A stretch of DNA of 64,000 nucleotides, taken from the NCBI GenBank assembly GCA_964612065.1, contig CAZTCD010000002.1, positions 28,008 to 92,007 of the forward strand. The letters are read 5' to 3'. Under the pieces are notes generated by a model that was given only the letters and a program-made list of their open reading frames with translations, was not told the DNA's origin and made no database searches. This stretch comes from an uncultured Bdellovibrionales bacterium. Lineage in GTDB: Bacteria; Bdellovibrionota; UBA1018; CAIPTA01. Below are positions 58,862-64,000 of the stretch, piece after piece; position 1 is the first letter of the stretch, and the number at the start of each line of letters is the position of its first letter. A program made the position numbers and the translations under genes.

Positions 58862-59266
58862 TCAGCTCACCGGAAGTTTGTCGGGGCCAAAGGGGTGCGG
58901 AAGAAACTCACTCAAAGTGCGGGCAGCCCCAAGGCCGGAGGGAGTGCTTGAATACACCGGAAGTGAAGGCGGGCAGAATTCCGCCAGCACCTGCAGGCAA
59001 AGCCCACAGGGAGTAGCCGCTGGTTCGGTAACAAGAACCAGGGCGATGGCATCCACTTTGCCGAAGCGGGCAACGGTGGCGCAGATCGCATTTCGTTCCG
59101 CGCAGATCGTGGCGCCGAAGCTGGAATTTTCCACGTTGCAGCCGGACACTATTTCCCCATCCTCGAGAAGCAGAGCGGCTCCCACTTTGAAGCGGGAATA
59201 AGGCGCGTGGGCGTTTTCGCGGGCGGCGGCGGCGGCGGCGAAGGCCTTTTGAAGTGGGTCACCCAT
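58862..59266 (-). CDS. cdd: Cytidine deaminase
   Basis: CAERNAI and PCGLCLQ zinc-ligand motifs. 134 aa, homotetrameric type. Confidence 0.85.
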   Translation of the reverse strand: MGDPLQKAFAAAAAARENAHAPYSRFKVGAALLLEDGEIVSGCNVENSSFGATICAERNAICATVARFGKVDAIALVLVTEPAATPCGLCLQVLAEFCPPSLPVYSSTPSGLGAARTLSEFLPHPFGPDKLPVS

Positions 59267-59299
59267 ATTGCTTAGTATAGGGGGAAATTCCCGCTATGG

Positions 59300-60667
59300 C
59301 TAACCGGGCTTGCGCTCGAAGAATTGCCCTGGTTCGCCGCGGAGCTCAATTCTTCCGTGTAGGGTGGCGCCCAGGAAGCAGGAGTTCCGGGATATGCCCG
59401 GAAGGTCTTCTTCTTCTACGGTATGCGTGGCCGAAGGATCCACGAATAATAGCCCGGTGGGCTGCAAGAACTCGGGCTTGCCCAAAAGCTTTCTGGGGGA
59501 TTCGGAAAACACTTCGAGTAAGCGCTTCAGGCTAAGCTCACCCTCTTTCATAAGTGTGAGAAGGGAAGGCAGCGCCGTTTCGAGGCCACGGGTGCCGAAG
59601 GGAGCGAGGGTCCAACCCTTTTCCTTAAGTTCTTGTTCGTGAGGGGCATGGTCGGTGGAAACGCAGTCGATGGTGCCGTCGCGCAGGGCGGCGCGCAGGG
59701 CAGCTCGATCCTCGGGGGAGAAGAGCGGGGGATTCATCTTGAAGTTCGCGCTTTCCTTTCCCTCCGGGATATCGGCGTTCGAAAAAATCAGATGGTGGGG
59801 GGTAACCTCGGCGGTAACCCGCAGGCCTTCTGTCTTCGCCTTGCGGATCTCCTCAAGGCTCTCCCGGGTGCTCACATGCAATACATGGTAGCGCGCACCG
59901 GGATTCTTTCTGAGAAGGGCGATGTCACGCCGGATCATCTCGGATTCCGCGGTTCGGGGGTATTCCGGCAGGCTTTGGCTTTTCTGGAAAGCACTGGCGG
60001 TAGCCACGCCTTTGTGGCCGGGCATTTCGGCGTGTTGCTGGAAAAGAATATCGTTTCTGGCGCAGGCGGCGAAGATTTCGTCCTGGGCGGCTTCACTTTT
60101 CACGCCCCAGCCGTCGTCGGTGATGGCCACGGCTCCGGCTTTGGCAAGGGAATCGATATCGGTGGGGCTTTGGCCCTGCATTCCCTGAGTGGCCGCCGCG
60201 GTGAAAGCCACGCGCACCGGATATTTTTTTTCCGCTTCCTGTGCGCTAGCGATCGCGGCATGAAGCGCTTCCGCAGAATCGAGGAAGGGGTTGGTGTTGG
60301 GCATGGTGATCACGGTATCGAAGCCGCCATCGAGAGCGGAGGCCAGGCCTCCTTCGAGCTCTTCCTTCATGGGTTGGCCAGGGTGGCGCAAATGCACCTG
60401 AAGATCGATGCCGGTGGGCAGAACCAGCCAATGCGAAGGAATGCTGCGTTCCACGCACCCGCTCTTTTTAGCCTCCTCCCGCAGTGCCAGGGCGGCTGCG
60501 CCCTTGGCTTCTTTGATGGAAGAAGATTTGGGAAGCGAGGCCCAGGCCGATGGCTCCTGCGTTCCGCTGCCGTCGCGGAAAACGATCCATCCCGCGGCTT
60601 GCACTGAGTGAAGCCGTGCGGGATTAAATTTGGGTCCGTGTTGCTGAGGCGTTGTATTCGAGGGCAT
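59300..60667 (-). CDS. pyrC: Dihydroorotase-like cyclic amidohydrolase (type I)
   Basis: GIDLQVHLRHPGQ (HxH), ...DTVITMPNTNP... Collinear with type I DHOase. Start set at Met 60667. The true start may be further downstream. Confidence 0.65.
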   Translation of the reverse strand: MPSNTTPQQHGPKFNPARLHSVQAAGWIVFRDGSGTQEPSAWASLPKSSSIKEAKGAAALALREEAKKSGCVERSIPSHWLVLPTGIDLQVHLRHPGQPMKEELEGGLASALDGGFDTVITMPNTNPFLDSAEALHAAIASAQEAEKKYPVRVAFTAAATQGMQGQSPTDIDSLAKAGAVAITDDGWGVKSEAAQDEIFAACARNDILFQQHAEMPGHKGVATASAFQKSQSLPEYPRTAESEMIRRDIALLRKNPGARYHVLHVSTRESLEEIRKAKTEGLRVTAEVTPHHLIFSNADIPEGKESANFKMNPPLFSPEDRAALRAALRDGTIDCVSTDHAPHEQELKEKGWTLAPFGTRGLETALPSLLTLMKEGELSLKRLLEVFSESPRKLLGKPEFLQPTGLLFVDPSATHTVEEEDLPGISRNSCFLGATLHGRIELRGEPGQFFERKPG

Positions 60668-60758
60668 AGGCTGTTGAGATAAGGTATAGTACGAAATCGA
60701 GCGGGAAACCAGAAGCCAGGCCACCAGGCCCCACTGGAGCAGATAAACGGGAAGTGAA

Positions 60759-62456
60759 ATGCTGAAGCGAAAGCCCCTGCGCAAAGCCGGAATCACGATG
60801 CCCGATCTTCTGGCGTTCGCTTTTCTTTTCGGTGCCTTCGTAGCCATTATTGCAGTGGGGCGAAATTGGGCGGCTCCTGCGGCGGCCCTGCCCCCTATTG
60901 ATCTCTCTCTTTCTTCTCTTCCCTATGCGTTCTTTTTGTCACTGAGCCGTATCGTTCTGGCCTATGTGGTTTGCCTGATCTCCTCTTTGGCCGTGGGCTA
61001 TTGGGCGGCCCATTCCAAGCTGGCTGAGAAGATCATCGTGCCCCTGATCGACATCGGCCAGAGCGTGCCGGTGCTTACGTTTCTGCCCGGTCTCGCTCTT
61101 ACTTTTATGGCCCTCTTTCCTGAGAGCCGAACCGGCCTCGAGATCACGGCCATCCTCACCCTCTATACCGGCATGGCCTGGAACCTCATGCTCGCCTTCT
61201 ATGGTTCCATCAAAACGATCCCCCGCGAATATGTGGACACCATACGTGCCTACGGCTATGGGCCCCTCGGGATTTTATTGAGGCTCGAGCTCCCCTATTC
61301 GATGAACGCCATTGTGTGGAATTCCATGATGAGCGTGGCGGGAGGATGGTTTTTCCTCACGGTATGCGAAAGCTTCGTGCTCGGCGATAAAAGCGTGAGC
61401 CTGGTGGGGCTGGGATCGTTCATGAAGTTGGCTACCGATCGTGGCGATTACGTGGCCGTGGCGGCGGGCGCTGGCCTCATGGTGCTCGTGCTGGTGGTAA
61501 CCGATTTTTTCATCTGGAATCCCTTGCTCCGCTGGGCCGAGCGTTTTCAGAGGATGCTGCCTTCGGAAGACGGAGAGGAAGAGGCCGTTTTCAACTTCTT
61601 CGCCAAGAGCAAAAGGATCACGAACTTCCTTCGTAAAATGCGTCGCCGCTATGCCGCGAAATTATATGTGACTCAACGCCGCGGGCGCCGCACGAAAGAC
61701 CGGAAGGCCGAGATCCGTGCCGCAGGCTATGGCTGCCTGCTTCTCCTGGCGGTTCTCACTGCTTGGGGTTGCGCAATGGCGGCGGGGATTCTGGCCAATA
61801 TTCCCGGGGAGGAGTGGGCCAGAATCGTAGTGAGCGCAGGATGGACGCTTCTTCGCGTGGTGGTGGTGGTGGCCCTGAGTGGAGCGATCATGGTGCCGCT
61901 CGGGCTCTGGCTCGGCACCCAGCCACAGCTGGTGAGGCGGCTGCAGCCGATCATTCAGGTGATCGCGGCTTTTCCCGCGCCTATGCTGTTCCCGATCCTG
62001 CTTGCGCTCTTTCTCAAGCTGTCGATCCCGCTCGAGATCGGCTCCGTGTTTCTGATGATGCTCGGGGCTCAGTGGTATCTGCTCTTCAACGTGATCTCCG
62101 GCGCGGCCAGCATTCCGGCCAATCTGGTGGAGGTGGCGCAAACCACCGGCATGGGCAAGCTCGAGATCATCCGCAGAGTGTATCTGCCGGGCACATTTAC
62201 CTATATCGTAACCGGCCTGATCACGGCGGCTGGCGGAGCCTGGAACACCTGCATCGTGGCGGAGTATGTGGTGTTTCGCCAGCAGGTTTATGCGGCGAAC
62301 GGGATCGGAGCCTATATCACTCGTTCCACCGAGGGGGCTCATTACGCCCTGCTGATCGCGGCCGTGAGCGTGATGATCATTCTGATCGTGCTCGTGAATC
62401 GTTTGTTCTGGGCGAAATTGTATCACCTGGCGGAAACCAAATATCGTCTGGACTGA
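60759..62456 (+). CDS. ABC transporter permease, fused double TMD (NitT/TauT-like binding-protein-dependent type)
   Basis: 565 aa with two homologous 6-TM halves, each with an EAA-like loop (...TIRAYGYGPLGILLRLELPYS... / ...VAQTTGMGKLEIIRRVYLPG...). Confidence 0.7.
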   Translation: MLKRKPLRKAGITMPDLLAFAFLFGAFVAIIAVGRNWAAPAAALPPIDLSLSSLPYAFFLSLSRIVLAYVVCLISSLAVGYWAAHSKLAEKIIVPLIDIGQSVPVLTFLPGLALTFMALFPESRTGLEITAILTLYTGMAWNLMLAFYGSIKTIPREYVDTIRAYGYGPLGILLRLELPYSMNAIVWNSMMSVAGGWFFLTVCESFVLGDKSVSLVGLGSFMKLATDRGDYVAVAAGAGLMVLVLVVTDFFIWNPLLRWAERFQRMLPSEDGEEEAVFNFFAKSKRITNFLRKMRRRYAAKLYVTQRRGRRTKDRKAEIRAAGYGCLLLLAVLTAWGCAMAAGILANIPGEEWARIVVSAGWTLLRVVVVVALSGAIMVPLGLWLGTQPQLVRRLQPIIQVIAAFPAPMLFPILLALFLKLSIPLEIGSVFLMMLGAQWYLLFNVISGAASIPANLVEVAQTTGMGKLEIIRRVYLPGTFTYIVTGLITAAGGAWNTCIVAEYVVFRQQVYAANGIGAYITRSTEGAHYALLIAAVSVMIILIVLVNRLFWAKLYHLAETKYRLD

Positions 62457-62541
62457 CGAACGCGGAAATGGATAATTAGCGGTAACGAACCACCGAGAGC
62501 TAAAACAAGAAATACCTGGAATTGAGCGGATTAGTGCCATT

Positions 62542-63831
62542 ATGAGAACGCCACTCGTAGAAATGAAAGATGTGAAGCTGGATTTCCGGCTCGCCTCGGG
62601 CACGGCGGTTTCGGTGCTCGAAGGCTTGAACCTGAACATCTATCCGGGAGAGATCGTGGCGTTGCTCGGAGCCTCCGGTACTGGCAAAAGCACCACCCTC
62701 AAGCTGATGAGCGGCTTGATCCGCCCTACTTCCGGGCAGATTCTCGCCAACGGCAATCCCTTGAACGGGCTGAACCGGGAAATCTCGATTGTGTTTCAGG
62801 ACGCGGCCCTCTTCCCCTGGCTTACCGTGGCGGAAAATATCGAGTTCGGTCTTTATCCGCAGGGATTCAGCCTGCGCACGCGGCGCCAGCGTGTGAGCCA
62901 GGCGATCGATCTGGTGGGCCTTGAGGGCTTCGAAGAAGCTTATCCGCGCGAGCTTTCGGGCGGAATGAGGCAACGCGTGGGTATCGCGAGAGCCATGGCA
63001 ATGAACCCTAAAATGCTCTGCATGGATGAGCCCTTCTCCGCTCTCGATGTGCTCACCGCTGATACCCTCCGCGGGGAGGTTCTTGATATCTGGCAGAAGA
63101 AATCCACCCACCTTAAAGGGATCCTTCTGATTACGCACGACATCACGGAAGCCGTTTCCATGGCGAACCGGATCGTGGTGATCGGCAAGCCCCCCCATAA
63201 CGTGAAGGCCGATATCCAGAATCCTTTGATCTTCCCGCGAGACGAGAACTCCTGGCAGTTCACCCAGTTGGTGCGCAAAATTCATGCGGTGCTTACGGAA
63301 TCCATTCTCGGCGAAGATGTGGTGGCTGCGGAAGAGGCTTCGTCTCTCTGGGTATTGCCTCCCGTGCCGATCGCGGATGTGATCGGTCTCACGGAATTGC
63401 TTTCCGACCATAAAGGGCAGCTCGATATTTTTGAGCTACCCCGGCTGATTGAAAAAGATTTTTCGGAAGCGCTCACCACTGTGAAGGCAGCCGAGCTGAT
63501 CGGCTTCCTCGATACTCCCTACCAGAAGGTGATCCTCACCCGCCTCGGGCAGCAGATCGCGCAGGGGGATGTGAACGCCAGAAAGGAAACCATCAAAGTG
63601 CAGCTGCAAGGGCTCCGGCTGGTGAAGCTGCTGATCGAAAAGCTGCAGAATCAGGAAGAGCTCGCGATGCCCTACGGGCAGGTGGTGGAGTGGCTGCAGG
63701 AGAAGCAGCCGGCCATCAACGCGAAAACCGCGATCGACACCTTGATTGACTGGGGGCGTTATGGCGAGCTCTTCCGTTACTCCTCCGATGAAGAAATGCT
63801 CTACCTCGATGAGGTGAGTCCTACCATCTAG
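62542..63831 (+). CDS. ABC transporter ATP-binding protein with ~170-aa C-terminal extension
   Basis: Walker A GASGTGKST, signature LSGGMRQRVGIARA, Walker B LCMDEPFSALD. The C-terminal domain is of unknown function (AAA-associated-like). Confidence 0.85.
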   Translation: MRTPLVEMKDVKLDFRLASGTAVSVLEGLNLNIYPGEIVALLGASGTGKSTTLKLMSGLIRPTSGQILANGNPLNGLNREISIVFQDAALFPWLTVAENIEFGLYPQGFSLRTRRQRVSQAIDLVGLEGFEEAYPRELSGGMRQRVGIARAMAMNPKMLCMDEPFSALDVLTADTLRGEVLDIWQKKSTHLKGILLITHDITEAVSMANRIVVIGKPPHNVKADIQNPLIFPRDENSWQFTQLVRKIHAVLTESILGEDVVAAEEASSLWVLPPVPIADVIGLTELLSDHKGQLDIFELPRLIEKDFSEALTTVKAAELIGFLDTPYQKVILTRLGQQIAQGDVNARKETIKVQLQGLRLVKLLIEKLQNQEELAMPYGQVVEWLQEKQPAINAKTAIDTLIDWGRYGELFRYSSDEEMLYLDEVSPTI

Positions 63832-64000
63832 AGCGTAAGACGCTGCGCGAATCGGTTCCGATACAGGGCGCTTTGACGAATGCCCCGTTTTTCTGTTCAG
63901 AAAAAAATCGGAAAAGCAGGGGGTTTCCTTCAAGAAATCGTCGATGAATAGCCGATCCTGAGCGTATAATTAGCTGATTCTTTTCGGAATTAGGGGCGCC

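Noticed and set aside
1-64000. Scanned for tRNA (GGTTCGAATCC-type T-arms), rRNA, tmRNA, RNase P and SRP RNA signatures
   Set aside because: None recognised by eye. This cannot be excluded without covariance-model searches (tRNAscan-SE/Infernal).

Overview
This is a gene-dense segment of a GC-rich (~58-60%) Gram-negative chromosome. It contains about 70 protein-coding genes. I saw no rRNA, tRNA or CRISPR array.

Core metabolism:
- A sucA-sucB-lpdA 2-oxoglutarate dehydrogenase operon, which ends in a hotdog-fold gene rather than sucCD.
- Glycine dehydrogenase gcvP, translationally coupled to the rRNA methyltransferase rsmJ.
- S-adenosylhomocysteinase ahcY.
- Tyrosine catabolism: hppD, and hmgA at the head of a 5-gene minus-strand operon.
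- serC, fabD, folE plus a two-domain PTPS, cdd and a dihydroorotase-like amidohydrolase.
- secDF, tatA and lnt.
- A ribosomal triad rpsR-rpmG-rplX standing alone.

The window is rich in secreted proteases: subtilisin, aminopeptidase N, peptidase E, and a trypsin-like lipoprotein with a PEEPAPEE linker. It also holds many lipoproteins and hypothetical membrane proteins, two DedA paralogs, a PilZ protein and a fused-permease ABC transporter. The single tyrosine recombinase (11562-12692) sits among housekeeping genes with no obvious island boundaries.

Most notable unexplained items:
- A TRASH/YHS-domain protein with an internally duplicated unknown domain.
- An RNase HI carrying a C-terminal hybrid-binding-domain-like tail.
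- A minus-strand cluster of a diheme c-type cytochrome lipoprotein, YceI and a beta-barrel-like protein with an N-terminal CxxCH.
- Two secreted HExxH-motif proteins.
- A G10 homopolymer inside gcvP.
- Overlapping divergent start codons at lnt.

Coordinates follow the supplied ORF track. Starts that I moved are noted in the evidence.
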